A stretch of DNA of 64,000 nt, from positions 33,059 to 97,058 of IMG/VR virus record IMGVR_UViG_3300037845_000036. One strand, given 5' to 3'. Of this stretch, positions 47,267 to 57,311 are shown piece after piece. The DNA comes from a virus. Each line of letters starts with the position of its first letter. The first letter of the stretch is position 1. Under the pieces are notes generated by a model that saw only the letters and a list, made by a program, of their open reading frames with translations, was not told the origin of the DNA and searched no databases. Position numbers and translations under genes: made by a program.

Positions 47267-49678
47267 TCAAAATGGGGATGGGTCAGGGTGCCGAACAAGT
47301 CCTAACCCGCCTCCAGGACCAATTGGCTGTTGCGCGTTCTGCTGCGCCCGTTGTTGAGATGCTTCGTGTTGATGTTGCTGCCCTTGCTTAATCAAATCCA
47401 TTTGTAAATTCGCTTGCTCACGTTCTTCTTGTGCCTTGCGATCGGCCGCTCTATCAGCCGACTCTAGCGCCGCCTCCTGCGCTCTTGCATTCTGATCGCG
47501 GGCATCTGCAGCGGCATTCGCTTGAATTTCCGCCATCTTCGCCTGATGTTCGGACGCCGCTTCTTGGGCGCGCTGCTGAATTTCCTGTGTTTTAGTAGCG
47601 GCCTGCTGTTGATTTTGTGCCGATTTAACTTGCAGCGCCGCCAGCGCCGCCATAGCGCTCGGGTCCATCTGCGGCTGTTCGGGTTGAGGCGGCAAAAAGA
47701 ATTTGTCAGGATCGGACACGCCGATCATTTCAAATATCCAGCGGTCAACCGCTTGCATATCGTATAAATCGGGGCGCATCGAAGCGATGGTCTTCACCGC
47801 CTGACATTTGATGAGGCGGATCAAATGCGATGCGGTGTTCGGGTCTGCCGCCGGCACCAATTCGAAATCGTCAAGCGCACGCAGGAATAATTCGGTTTCC
47901 CAATCAAAGGCCCGCTTTTTGTTTTTGTTCCATTTCCAGAACGCCTCGGGATTTTTCTTGTAGCGTTCCTTCAAAAGTTCGAGTTCTTCGGCCTGTGCGG
48001 CATGTAATCCAATATGAACCGCCGCCAGAACCTTTGTCGCTTGTTCGATCAGCGCCAGTGTTGTGCCCACAGGCGCATCTTGGCGCCCCTCGCCGACAGG
48101 CATCTCCGCCGTTCCCGCCACGCGATCCATGCGCTGTTCGACGTGCTGGGTAAACGCAACAAAGCCGGGGCCGACATCCTTGTACGGCAACGGTTTGATG
48201 ACTTGATCAAGCGGCAGGTTCCCTACGCCCTTGATGCCAAGACCACCGCCTGGCGGGATACGGTTCTGGTTTGTCCAGTTACGGATAATGCCTTCGTTGT
48301 AGATAAACCCAGGGAAATTCCCGAACATCCCAGCGTCAAGCGCCTCTCGCCAAGCAGCCGTCAGCGCCTTGTCGCCATTTCCCAACAAATTCAGAAGGCC
48401 CAGATCGTAAAATCCCATCGCAGGGATAAACCCGTACTTTACGAAGACTTGTCGCGCTTGATAAGTGTCGTCCTCTTCATCCCAATTCCGGCGAAGTTCC
48501 AATAATTCCCGCGCGTCCTTATCGATCGACACCTTATACGGCAGAGGGATACCAGTCGGTTCTCCCTTCCGCTTGTGTTCATACCCCCGGATGTCAAGTT
48601 CGACATAACTTTCGTAAATCGTGCGCGGCTGATCTTCCTGCCGCTGCGGTATCGGTTCCAACCCCTGTGCCGCAGCCTGCGCCTCGTCCACCGCGTTGGG
48701 CTGAAACTGCGGCTGATGCAAATCAATATCGCGGTACACACCCGCGATCTGCATCCTGCGCACCATCGCCTGCCGCATGATGAGCCGGTGCGTCACCCGC
48801 CCCGCGTCGCGGTGATCTGAAACCGCGTTGCTAACAATGATATCAGCGGCATCAACAAACCGACTGATCGGCCGCTCACGGATCGGGCAGTCATAAACCT
48901 TTTTGAACCCACACCCGCCAAACCCAACCCAGAACAGCATCCGCACTGAGTCGGGACGGTACCCACGGTCCACAACCGTCAGATTGTGGTTAAACCCACG
49001 TTCCAGCGCTTCTGCTAGTTCCTCGCGCCCCGCCTGCGCTGCCGCCACGAGATTGGGATCATCTAACGGCGGCCCGCCGTTATGCCCAACCCCCGGCTGT
49101 TCAGTAACGCCTCCCGGCTTTGTCGGGCGGTCATCCCGCACCTTGACCGGACCAGCGGGCGGATAAAGCTCAGCCGCCGCATTTGATTGAAACCGCACAA
49201 CCGCTTCCAACAACAGCGGGTGGCGGATCGTGGACATTCCCTCAAACGGACCCGTCGAATTTCCAATATCGCCAGTCGCCTTCTCCAGCAGCGTGCCGAG
49301 CATCTTTATGCCCTCGGCACGGTTCTCCAGCCACTCCTGCCGCGACTGATCGTCCGCCTCAATACCGCGCAGAACCTCTTCTACGATCCGCCCACGCTCA
49401 CCATCGTCCAGTTTCTCAGCAAGATTATCGTAAAACTTGTCTTCGCCATCATCCGCCCGCGTCGGGCGCGGGTTTAGCTGAATGACAACACCACCATCCT
49501 CGGTCGGGATCGATACCGTGCCGTCCGAATTCTGAATCGCCGCGTCGGCTGCGTCTTCAACCAACGACACCAACGAGCCGACATCATTCTCTCCCGACGC
49601 GAAAGGATCGGTGTCAGGTTCTAGTCGCTGGTTACGTGAAAAGGCCGGCAGATCGGACATCGGTGTGCCTTGCCGCAC
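47267..49678 (-). CDS. Portal protein
   Basis: SRQEW, HPLLLEAVVRFQ, GCGFKKVY, LPYKVSID, GFYDLGL, APVGTTLALIE; follows the terminase. Confidence 0.9.
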   Translation of the reverse strand: MRQGTPMSDLPAFSRNQRLEPDTDPFASGENDVGSLVSLVEDAADAAIQNSDGTVSIPTEDGGVVIQLNPRPTRADDGEDKFYDNLAEKLDDGERGRIVEEVLRGIEADDQSRQEWLENRAEGIKMLGTLLEKATGDIGNSTGPFEGMSTIRHPLLLEAVVRFQSNAAAELYPPAGPVKVRDDRPTKPGGVTEQPGVGHNGGPPLDDPNLVAAAQAGREELAEALERGFNHNLTVVDRGYRPDSVRMLFWVGFGGCGFKKVYDCPIRERPISRFVDAADIIVSNAVSDHRDAGRVTHRLIMRQAMVRRMQIAGVYRDIDLHQPQFQPNAVDEAQAAAQGLEPIPQRQEDQPRTIYESYVELDIRGYEHKRKGEPTGIPLPYKVSIDKDARELLELRRNWDEEDDTYQARQVFVKYGFIPAMGFYDLGLLNLLGNGDKALTAAWREALDAGMFGNFPGFIYNEGIIRNWTNQNRIPPGGGLGIKGVGNLPLDQVIKPLPYKDVGPGFVAFTQHVEQRMDRVAGTAEMPVGEGRQDAPVGTTLALIEQATKVLAAVHIGLHAAQAEELELLKERYKKNPEAFWKWNKNKKRAFDWETELFLRALDDFELVPAADPNTASHLIRLIKCQAVKTIASMRPDLYDMQAVDRWIFEMIGVSDPDKFFLPPQPEQPQMDPSAMAALAALQVKSAQNQQQAATKTQEIQQRAQEAASEHQAKMAEIQANAAADARDQNARAQEAALESADRAADRKAQEEREQANLQMDLIKQGQQHQHEASQQRAQQNAQQPIGPGGGLGLVRHPDPSPF

Positions 49679-49731
49679 ATCATCTCAGCGGAGATGACAT
49701 CATGCAGCTAATCGGCGCCCCGAGCGCTCCA

Positions 49732-50229
49732 CTAAGAGTGTGCCTCTAACGGATATTCTGCAAGCCCCTTCCGCGACATCGCCATTACGCCGCGCCGGAT
49801 CGTCGCGATTTTCTTTTTTGCCAGCGCTAACGCGTCGTCATAATCAATATTCGGTCCACCTAAAAAGAGAGTTGAACCGTTTTTAACATTTATTATCTCA
49901 GTACCCCTCACCCGCCAACCGGGAAACATCTTACGAGTTCCACTATTACAAAATCCCAAATATACCCGTATCAAATCATCTCTAAATATTTCTGCCCGTA
50001 CCGTCACGCCACGCATTATCCCATCACGCAACCGCTTATCCGTTAAGTATTTCAATGACTCCCCACTTAGATTTACCCATTGGCCCTTCTCTATCGTCGC
50101 CGTTATAACAAAATTCGCGCCACAGTCAGCGCATTTCTGTCGCGCAGTGACCGCCAGACCATCCTGCCCCAGCATCCACATCTGTCGCTCGGCGACATCC
50201 CCGCAAATAGGACAAGGGAAATTATACAT
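49732..50229 (-). CDS. Zn-ribbon-containing accessory protein between terminase and portal
   Basis: CPIC..CADC; AT-richer than flanks. Confidence 0.55.
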   Translation of the reverse strand: MYNFPCPICGDVAERQMWMLGQDGLAVTARQKCADCGANFVITATIEKGQWVNLSGESLKYLTDKRLRDGIMRGVTVRAEIFRDDLIRVYLGFCNSGTRKMFPGWRVRGTEIINVKNGSTLFLGGPNIDYDDALALAKKKIATIRRGVMAMSRKGLAEYPLEAHS

Positions 50230-50230
50230 T

Positions 50231-53125
50231 TTATAGGTCGTAGGGCAACGCGCGAGCACGTTGCGTCGGCCACGTCATCGACTGCTCTTCGCCCTTGTCC
50301 CAAGCTTCGCGGCGCTCGAAGATGCCGATATCGCTTAGATGTTTGAGAGCACCACTACAAGCGTCCATGGTGTCGTCATGTCTTCCTCTAGGAAATAAGC
50401 AAATTTCCTCAATCAATGGTTCGCACCAGACGGGTCTCGTTCCATCTTCATACATCGGAATATAGAGTTGGTGTGACGAAAATATCCACTGTACTGCATG
50501 AGCGCGCGCCCATTTGTCCCCACGTGCGGCCTTTAACTCTGTTGCCCATGTCTGATCAGAAAAAAGCCGTCGTAATTCTTGTTCTAAACCGTGCCCTTGG
50601 CCCTGAGTCTCAATCCCAAGATATTCGACTTTATAGCGTCGGCAGGTGTCATTAACCCATTCCACCAATCCCCAGTTGGCTTGCCGCTGTTCTCGATATC
50701 GCGGCGAACGCCATTCCTCTGCCGTCACACCAGAAGGCAATTCATCGGGCGGTCCATGTAACTCTAGCCGCTTGGTCCATCCATAAAGCAACAACACCTT
50801 TGGAAACCCGTAGTCATCAGCCTCTCGAATATATGTACCGTCCCCATTAGGGACGATGCGCCCCTTGCCCTCCGCCCTGAACACACCAAACACCAACATC
50901 GCGCTTCGATCATTCTGCTGTCTCTCGGTAAACGCCGTGTCCACCCATGCCACGACATATTCCAACGCAGGATACTGTATCCGGCCGTTTCGGATCATGT
51001 CTTGCGGAAACGTTCCATCAGGCAATAATGGAGGCCACGGTTCCAACCACTCTGCCTTAATAATTCCGCCGCCTTTTGGTATAGGAAGCTGTTGTAACTG
51101 ACCTGCTACACTGTATTCCGTAAGACGATCGCCATCAAGAGCACGTAATCCTTGCTCTATTTGCTTGAGAGCACTATCGGTCCACACTGCTGGCCAAAGT
51201 AATTCTCCACGCTCTGTTCTTGGGTCTCCTTGGCATGCTCGATCAGGATCAAATCTGGCCGGGTACATCAAGTGTACAGTGTCTTCTGGCCAGTTTTTTA
51301 GTGCCCAATCTGTTGCATCAAGAGTGTGTAATCTTTGCATGATCAATATTCGTGCAGACGTGCGCGGATCTGTAATACGAGTTGTCAAATCACTCATACC
51401 ACGAATTGAAGCATTGCGCTCCATTTCACTATCCGCACCTCTGCGAGTTTGGGGATCGTCGCAGATTATTAAATTTCCGCCACGGCCCAACAGGCCGCCT
51501 TCGATTGAACTTGACATGCGCTCACCACCAGCAGTATTGCCGAAGTTGGCTCTGCTCTGCTGATCCGGCAGTATTTTTACTTGTTTACCCCAATGTTTTT
51601 GATACCATTCCCCCATAACCAGTCGTCGCATCTTAACGGCAAGTTCCTCTGAAAGAATAGAACCGTATGACACAGACAAAATCTTCACATGAGGGCCAGA
51701 AAGAGGCCCCCATTTCGCTTCTGGCTGTATCCATAGCCATGCTGGGAAGATAATATTGACCAAATTGCTGTTATGAACAGCCAAATCATTAACCGTAAAA
51801 CTCTCGTCTTCTTTAACGGTCAGGCATCTACATTCCGCCTTGCCTGCGCCAACGATGCTAAGAACGGGATCAGGATGAAGGACAGTGTGGAAACTCCGAG
51901 GCGTTGCTGCCTCTATCGCTCTTTTTTTCCTTTCGCAAAGACCTGGCAAAAATTTGAATTTGCTAACATTCGTTTCATCAGTGGCCCCCACATCAAATGA
52001 TGTGTATAACCCTCCCGGCTGTCGCTTGCTTTCAAGTTTTGCCACACGGCGACGAATACGAGTATTGATCCCTATTCGTAGACACAAATGTTGAATATCC
52101 CTAGCCAAACCTTCTGATACAGTAGTCATTTTCGCTTCGTGGCTTAGTCGTGTATCATTTCTATGCTTTACTGCAAAATATCCGTCACAACTGGCATACG
52201 CCCCAACAAAATTTGATATAATCGTATTGTTCGCCCGCAACACAGCGGCGGGAACTCGTTTGGTATAACTGTCAGAACCACGCAAGCCATGGCCCCCTAG
52301 AAATTCCTGCAGACGCCCACTTCGGTTAGAATGGACTCCTATCGCCGTACAGGTACCCACCCGTGTCCGTCGTTTAGTCTCAAATCCTAGCGCGTGTGCG
52401 CATCGTTCAAAATCATCCAGGATTTCTTCTTCATTCCCCGTAAACGAAATTCCTGTGTATTTAACAGAACCATCACCGATCAAATATCCCAAAAAACGCG
52501 CTTCTTCCGTTGACATGCTTGGGGACACAACTTCGCTCCCCGTCGCATCTCCGCCCACCGCTGCCAAAATATCTGTCGTCTTTAATTCCCCGGCGGCTAC
52601 CCAACCACGCGTGGTTAAAAACGGATGATCTGGCGCCACCTTTGCTCGGCGTCCCTGAAATGTTTCTACCGCTATGACATCCAACAATCCCTGTTCATGA
52701 ACCGCCGTGACAGGTCTATATTGTCCCCTATGCGTCAGTACACGATCACCAACTTTAATGTCTCCCAATCTTATTGGTCCAATGTCCGTCAATACCATTT
52801 CATCTATACTGACCGGCTTTGTGTGCCTCGGAGGTATGTTGATAATGAGATTTCTTATCTTTCCCGTTCTTATTTGCCGTAATTTCTTGGCGATTTCTAT
52901 ATGATGCCAATTAATTTCTAATGTCTGCGTCTCACCAATTTCCTTCCACGCATGGCGCATGAACTCAATCAGCGACCGCTCGCAATTCTCCTTTTCCTGC
53001 TTGTTCGCCCTCATCTCCAGCAGGATCGCAAGCTCGATCTGCTCTTCCTTGGTGAGCGGCTTTAGCTTTTTCCGATCGACGTTGGGGTTTGGTCGGAGAA
53101 TTAATTGACCGCCGGGCATGGGCAA
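50231..53125 (-). CDS. terL: Terminase large subunit (intein-containing)
   Basis: NWHH, LIINIPPRHTK/S Walker A, LIICDDP Walker B, IMQRLH, WVDTAF, FPRGRHDDTMDA. Confidence 0.95.
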   Translation of the reverse strand: MPMPGGQLILRPNPNVDRKKLKPLTKEEQIELAILLEMRANKQEKENCERSLIEFMRHAWKEIGETQTLEINWHHIEIAKKLRQIRTGKIRNLIINIPPRHTKPVSIDEMVLTDIGPIRLGDIKVGDRVLTHRGQYRPVTAVHEQGLLDVIAVETFQGRRAKVAPDHPFLTTRGWVAAGELKTTDILAAVGGDATGSEVVSPSMSTEEARFLGYLIGDGSVKYTGISFTGNEEEILDDFERCAHALGFETKRRTRVGTCTAIGVHSNRSGRLQEFLGGHGLRGSDSYTKRVPAAVLRANNTIISNFVGAYASCDGYFAVKHRNDTRLSHEAKMTTVSEGLARDIQHLCLRIGINTRIRRRVAKLESKRQPGGLYTSFDVGATDETNVSKFKFLPGLCERKKRAIEAATPRSFHTVLHPDPVLSIVGAGKAECRCLTVKEDESFTVNDLAVHNSNLVNIIFPAWLWIQPEAKWGPLSGPHVKILSVSYGSILSEELAVKMRRLVMGEWYQKHWGKQVKILPDQQSRANFGNTAGGERMSSSIEGGLLGRGGNLIICDDPQTRRGADSEMERNASIRGMSDLTTRITDPRTSARILIMQRLHTLDATDWALKNWPEDTVHLMYPARFDPDRACQGDPRTERGELLWPAVWTDSALKQIEQGLRALDGDRLTEYSVAGQLQQLPIPKGGGIIKAEWLEPWPPLLPDGTFPQDMIRNGRIQYPALEYVVAWVDTAFTERQQNDRSAMLVFGVFRAEGKGRIVPNGDGTYIREADDYGFPKVLLLYGWTKRLELHGPPDELPSGVTAEEWRSPRYREQRQANWGLVEWVNDTCRRYKVEYLGIETQGQGHGLEQELRRLFSDQTWATELKAARGDKWARAHAVQWIFSSHQLYIPMYEDGTRPVWCEPLIEEICLFPRGRHDDTMDACSGALKHLSDIGIFERREAWDKGEEQSMTWPTQRARALPYDL
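51770..52816 (-). mobile_element. Intein (349 aa) with LAGLIDADG homing endonuclease, inserted in the TerL P-loop
   Basis: K|PVSIDEMVLT..IKVGDRV; DHPF block B; LGYLIGDG and VGAYASCDG; CRCLTV..VHN|S. Confidence 0.92.
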
Positions 53126-53713
53126 CTATCGAGCCGCTTCGGCTCCCCCCAACATGCCAGCCGGCACTTCACACCCAGGCTGCCCCGGTCGCGGTCCCCA
53201 CGCGGGCTGCCACAGCCGCGAACTCTGATACAACCCCAACCGGCGCTCCCACAGATCCCACATGCCGTTCGCGTCCGGTGGCGGCGGGACTTCCTCTACG
53301 TCTTCCGCCAACTCAGTCAACATCGACTCTACCGTGTCTCCCACCAAATTATTTTCTGATATGTCAGACACATCCTCGCCGCCTATTACAACCGCGCGCT
53401 CAGAAAGGGGCGGGGGGTCGGTTTCAACTGGGGCAGATACACCAGCGAGAGAAAATTCCTGTATTGGTCGAAGCGGGTTCGCCGTCTTCGTGATCAATCC
53501 CGTCAACTGCTCCATGAACATCGTCTGCGCCCGCACCAACGCCGACACAGCATCAATCAACGCGTCCAGCCGCTTGTCGCTGCCACCAGCCTCGCGCGGC
53601 GCTCTCGGTACTCGCGCCCGATGCCCCTTATGGTGGTTCGGCGCCGGCCGCGTCCCCGCCCGTACCTCCGCCCAATACCTGTTGGCTCGCTCGCGACCGT
53701 TAAATTCAGACAT
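53126..53713 (-). CDS. Hypothetical protein
   Basis: C-terminal WQPAWGPRPGQPGCEVP. Confidence 0.6.
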   Translation of the reverse strand: MSEFNGRERANRYWAEVRAGTRPAPNHHKGHRARVPRAPREAGGSDKRLDALIDAVSALVRAQTMFMEQLTGLITKTANPLRPIQEFSLAGVSAPVETDPPPLSERAVVIGGEDVSDISENNLVGDTVESMLTELAEDVEEVPPPPDANGMWDLWERRLGLYQSSRLWQPAWGPRPGQPGCEVPAGMLGGAEAAR

Positions 53714-53918
53714 GCCGTACTAGATACCGTCGCGGCAAATCCTTCAATAAATCCGCATGCTCCCGCTCTATCCGCGCTAGGTCCACCGTCATCGCATCCT
53801 CCGCGCTCATCGGCGGACCCCACACATTGCCTCGCAACTCCGCAAAACAATTCGCGCACCGCCGCGTCTCTGGGTTGTAGATGTGCGTGCAGGTCACTAC
53901 TCGCCCCCACCGATCCAC
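53706..53918 (-). CDS. Small Zn-finger-like protein
   Basis: CTH..CANC. Confidence 0.45.
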   Translation of the reverse strand: MDRWGRVVTCTHIYNPETRRCANCFAELRGNVWGPPMSAEDAMTVDLARIEREHADLLKDLPRRYLVRHV

Positions 53919-55072
53919 TTCGTTGGTATATAGGGGCGCTCCTCACGCTGCGGCTTTACGGGCAGCGGAACATATCCCGCCCGCTCATCCGCCTCACGTC
54001 GCTTCTCCGAACCGCCCACGGGGTTGAAAATCCCAGTGGCGAACGCGTCAGCCACCAACGGCACATCAACAACTATTGGCCCGCAGCCCGCCGTGAACGT
54101 CTCTCCCAACCCGATCGCCTGTTCACCAATCATCGTGTCCAACAGCAGCGACTTGCGCGGCAAATGGCACGAGCAGATCAGCCGCCCATCTCGCTCAGAC
54201 AGAAGATGTTCGGGAGCCGTCTGGTCGCAGGGACTCGGGAAGACCAATAGTCGCGGCGCGCGCATCTCGGCGCTGCCGGGTTCGGCGCTGATATGCCTCA
54301 CAGAGATGCCGGTAACATCCTCCAGCGCTCGCTTGAGATCGTCCGGCAGTTTGTAGGGCAATGGGAACAGCCCCTGCGGCGGCAGCCCAATCACCCACCG
54401 CAGGCGGTCTATCGCCTCAATGACGCGAGCGGCATCCGCGTTGTCTCCAAACGACGCCGAACCGCTCTCTTGGTCGTCAGCGGCTTCATAGCCAAACGTA
54501 TCGCATAACTTGGCAAGCCAGACCTGCGGGTAAGCGTCAGCACCCCACACCAAGCAAGTAGTCAGAAATTCTCCGTTCGGATTCTGCTCGCGTGGTGTCG
54601 GCCAGCCTCGCTCACGCAATCCAGCGATCACAGCATCGCGAAGAGCCTCGCCAGCCGCAGTCGCCGCCTCTATTTCTGCTGTTTCTTGCGCCGTGTGCAG
54701 GGGTGCGGCGGGATCAAAATCAACAGTACCCCCTTCTGTCCGAAGTCGCGCTAGACCAAGATAACGCGCCTCAGCATCAGCCTGTACTCCAACGACCGCG
54801 CCACATCGCCGAACGTAATCATCACCCGCAAAAATCTTCTCCCACTGACTCGCCAGCGACTTCCCATACCGCTGAACTAGGCTATTTCCCCCCGTACCTG
54901 CAATTTCTGGCGAGGGGGACACGCACGCGTCTGGGACTGCCTGTGGCTGCGGGGGGGTACCCGCCGGCGGTGGGGGGTCGGATCTGACCTGGCATGCGCA
55001 GGGCTGGCCAGCAGCCGCTAGCGCTTCATGGCGACCGCAGCAAGGCTGATCGTTGTCAATGAAACCAAACAC
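53897..55072 (-). CDS. Hypothetical protein carrying a major-capsid-like segment
   Basis: AEARYLGLARLRTEGGTVDFD vs capsid AENRYLPLARLKTEGGTAFFD; GGAGG upstream of GTG start. Confidence 0.6.
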   Translation of the reverse strand: MFGFIDNDQPCCGRHEALAAAGQPCACQVRSDPPPPAGTPPQPQAVPDACVSPSPEIAGTGGNSLVQRYGKSLASQWEKIFAGDDYVRRCGAVVGVQADAEARYLGLARLRTEGGTVDFDPAAPLHTAQETAEIEAATAAGEALRDAVIAGLRERGWPTPREQNPNGEFLTTCLVWGADAYPQVWLAKLCDTFGYEAADDQESGSASFGDNADAARVIEAIDRLRWVIGLPPQGLFPLPYKLPDDLKRALEDVTGISVRHISAEPGSAEMRAPRLLVFPSPCDQTAPEHLLSERDGRLICSCHLPRKSLLLDTMIGEQAIGLGETFTAGCGPIVVDVPLVADAFATGIFNPVGGSEKRREADERAGYVPLPVKPQREERPYIPTKWIGGGE

Positions 55073-55304
55073 TTATCCGATCCTCCGCTATGGCCACAAC
55101 GAGACAACGAGCAGCATCATAATCAATATGGCGAGCGAGCCTAAGCTCACTGCCTCGCGCCAGTCATCCCCTATTCGCAGCCTTCGTTGCATCGCACCAT
55201 CGCCTAGCCATTAATAACACTTAACGGTCGGTGCGGCGTATTCTAAGCTATTGATATCGTTGCATACCCATCGTTGTGCGCCGCAGCATGGTTTTGGGAA
55301 TTGC

Positions 55305-55604
55305 TCAGGCAGCATCACGTGTGTCTGCCGCAGCGTCGCTTGCGATCTCGCCGTTGTGCGCCGCGACATCGGACACTGCCCACTCGGACCATTCACCGTC
55401 ATCCTCGACGCGCTCGCTTAGCAGATAGGTTTCAAAGGCACCAGCCATAGCAACGGCGGCATCAGCGGTAGCTGTATGACAGAAACGGCAAGCCTGCTCC
55501 AAGCAAAACCTGCGCAATTGCACTAACTCGCCATCGCTAAACGCTATCGTCAGCTTCGGCATTACCCGACTCCTCATCCTCGAAATCTTGTGCGTCATGG
55601 TCAA
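55305..55604 (-). CDS. Hypothetical protein
   Basis: LRRFCLEQA..AGAFETYL; true start probably MPKL. Confidence 0.45.
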   Translation of the reverse strand: MTMTHKISRMRSRVMPKLTIAFSDGELVQLRRFCLEQACRFCHTATADAAVAMAGAFETYLLSERVEDDGEWSEWAVSDVAAHNGEIASDAAADTRDAA

Positions 55605-56115
55605 TTACAATGCCAGCGCGTTCGGCCAGCGTCCAGATATGATCCTCGCGTTGATCATCAGCCATTTGCCCAAGGCGATGTTCAACCGAACCAGTGTGTT
55701 CAACCTCGCGACGATCTGACCATTCAAACCTACGGCGGTTCTTCAGCCAGATAAACGCGGCCGCTGTGTCGGGCGGATAGTGCTCGACATAAGGCGCATA
55801 GATCGGCGCTTCGGCTCCCTGCGGCATAAGTATCTTGACCGCGTCGTGCGAGTAACCCTTAGCTCGCTCATAAAGACTACGCACTATTTGCGCATCAGCT
55901 ATTTCGCCCCCGCTTTTTACGGATTGCCCAAATTCAGGATGTAGCTTGCAATATGTTGCGAAGCGTCTTGGCGATACACCAAGTTTAGCTGCCATTTGTT
56001 GTTGGTTAAGGCCGAGGAGCGCCAGGTTCTTTACCTGTTCAACCATTTCAGGTCTGTAATTAGTTGGTCTCCCAACTTTGCGACTTGGCTTTTGTTGGCG
56101 CTGTGTTTGGGGCAT
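55537..56115 (-). CDS. terS: Terminase small subunit
   Basis: GRPTNY, HTH LGLNQQQMAAKLGVS, ADAQIVRSLYERAKGY, PPDTAAAFIWLKNR; start 56115 preferred because the longer ORF overlaps a divergent promoter. Confidence 0.85.
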   Translation of the reverse strand: MPQTQRQQKPSRKVGRPTNYRPEMVEQVKNLALLGLNQQQMAAKLGVSPRRFATYCKLHPEFGQSVKSGGEIADAQIVRSLYERAKGYSHDAVKILMPQGAEAPIYAPYVEHYPPDTAAAFIWLKNRRRFEWSDRREVEHTGSVEHRLGQMADDQREDHIWTLAERAGIVIDHDAQDFEDEESGNAEADDSV

Positions 56116-56162
56116 GAGGGCGCATATAACGCGGATTTGCGAGGATTGCAAGCGGGGCTGTT

Positions 56163-56202
56163 GTGCGATTTGTGTTGACATGGCGATAGCGCGGCGTATG
56201 AT
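56163..56202 (+). promoter_or_regulatory. Sigma70-like early promoter with GTGCGATTT upstream motif
   Basis: GTGCGATTTGTG-TTGACA-16-TATGAT. Confidence 0.7.
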
Positions 56203-56228
56203 GGGATTGTCAGAACGGGAGAACGGAA

Positions 56229-56609
56229 ATGACATATCAGCCACCGATTACAGTACGCAAAGCCGAAGTAGCGCCGATCGTCGCGGCCACGTTCCCAGAA
56301 TATCGCGGTAAGAAATTCCGCGTAGAGTTCCGCGAACAAGTCTGTCTGTTGGATCTGAATTGGTCCGGCGGGTCACGGAGTCAGTACCGCGCTTGCACGT
56401 TAAGCGGCGAAGCACTTGGTTCATCGGCGAAGTACAACGCAATGGCGCCATGGGACTCGCGGCAAGTCGAAGGACAGAGCGTAGCGGTTCCGCAAGGCGC
56501 TTGCATGGTTCGCCATAGCCATTTCTGCGGGAAGGACACGGGAATCACGATCACAATAAACCCGGCAGATGCGCCGAAATGGATCGAACATCAGAACAGC
56601 GCGGCATAG
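56229..56609 (+). CDS. Early hypothetical protein
   Basis: GGGAG RBS; downstream of the promoter. Confidence 0.7.
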   Translation: MTYQPPITVRKAEVAPIVAATFPEYRGKKFRVEFREQVCLLDLNWSGGSRSQYRACTLSGEALGSSAKYNAMAPWDSRQVEGQSVAVPQGACMVRHSHFCGKDTGITITINPADAPKWIEHQNSAA

Positions 56610-56618
56610 GAGGCGGCG

Positions 56619-56894
56619 ATGTACGAAGCGACGGCGTATGAAATCACGTTGCGCGACAAGGATGGCAAGCGTTGGCTGATCGCCTACAGTGAGCGCCATA
56701 CGCAACGGTGTGTTTGCCAGAATTTTTCGGCGCATCATCCGAAGATTCAGCGGTTTATCGCTCCGACTGATGCGCGGTGGGACAGGGCGCGCAAGCGGTA
56801 TATCGCGGCAGAATGGGAGTTTGGCTTTACGGGTCGGACGAGGCGGCAAGCGAAGCAGGAGGGCGAATTGCCCCGCTTCGGCGATGCGGCGTAG
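56619..56894 (+). CDS. Early hypothetical protein
   Basis: AGGAGG RBS. Confidence 0.7.
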   Translation: MYEATAYEITLRDKDGKRWLIAYSERHTQRCVCQNFSAHHPKIQRFIAPTDARWDRARKRYIAAEWEFGFTGRTRRQAKQEGELPRFGDAA

Positions 56895-56924
56895 TTTCGG
56901 CATCAGCAAGGGGAGACAGGGCAA

Positions 56925-57197
56925 ATGACATCAGATTATCCGACGCGCGGTTTCAACATCGTGCAGCCATCAATCGCTGAGACACAATTGACTGGCTGGG
57001 TTGCGACCGCTCAGTTCTCGCGGCTTGGTCACGAGTATGCGATCAAGTTCATTGACAACCGCATGCCGCGCCTCAGCGTCGAGTGCATGCGCGACGGCAA
57101 GCCGATCGCGTGGCACCGCTTGAGCGACAAGGCTCGGCAGGTGGCGCACAAAGCAGCCGATTTTCTCAAGAGCGCTCGGGCGATTGCCGCAGCGTAG
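56925..57197 (+). CDS. Early hypothetical protein
   Basis: GGGGAG RBS; followed by a terminator. Confidence 0.65.
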   Translation: MTSDYPTRGFNIVQPSIAETQLTGWVATAQFSRLGHEYAIKFIDNRMPRLSVECMRDGKPIAWHRLSDKARQVAHKAADFLKSARAIAAA

Positions 57198-57221
57198 CTC
57201 GCTCGCTTATCCGCCTGCCTC

Positions 57222-57248
57222 GCGGCGCCTCCGGGCGCCGCTTTTTTT
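57222..57248 (+). terminator. Rho-independent terminator
   Basis: GCGGCGCC-TCCG-GGCGCCGC-T7. Confidence 0.85.
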
Positions 57249-57311
57249 GCGGACGACGTTGCGATGTTGCGATTATTTTCGCGCGGCGCGCTGACCCACG
57301 GCATAGCGGGC

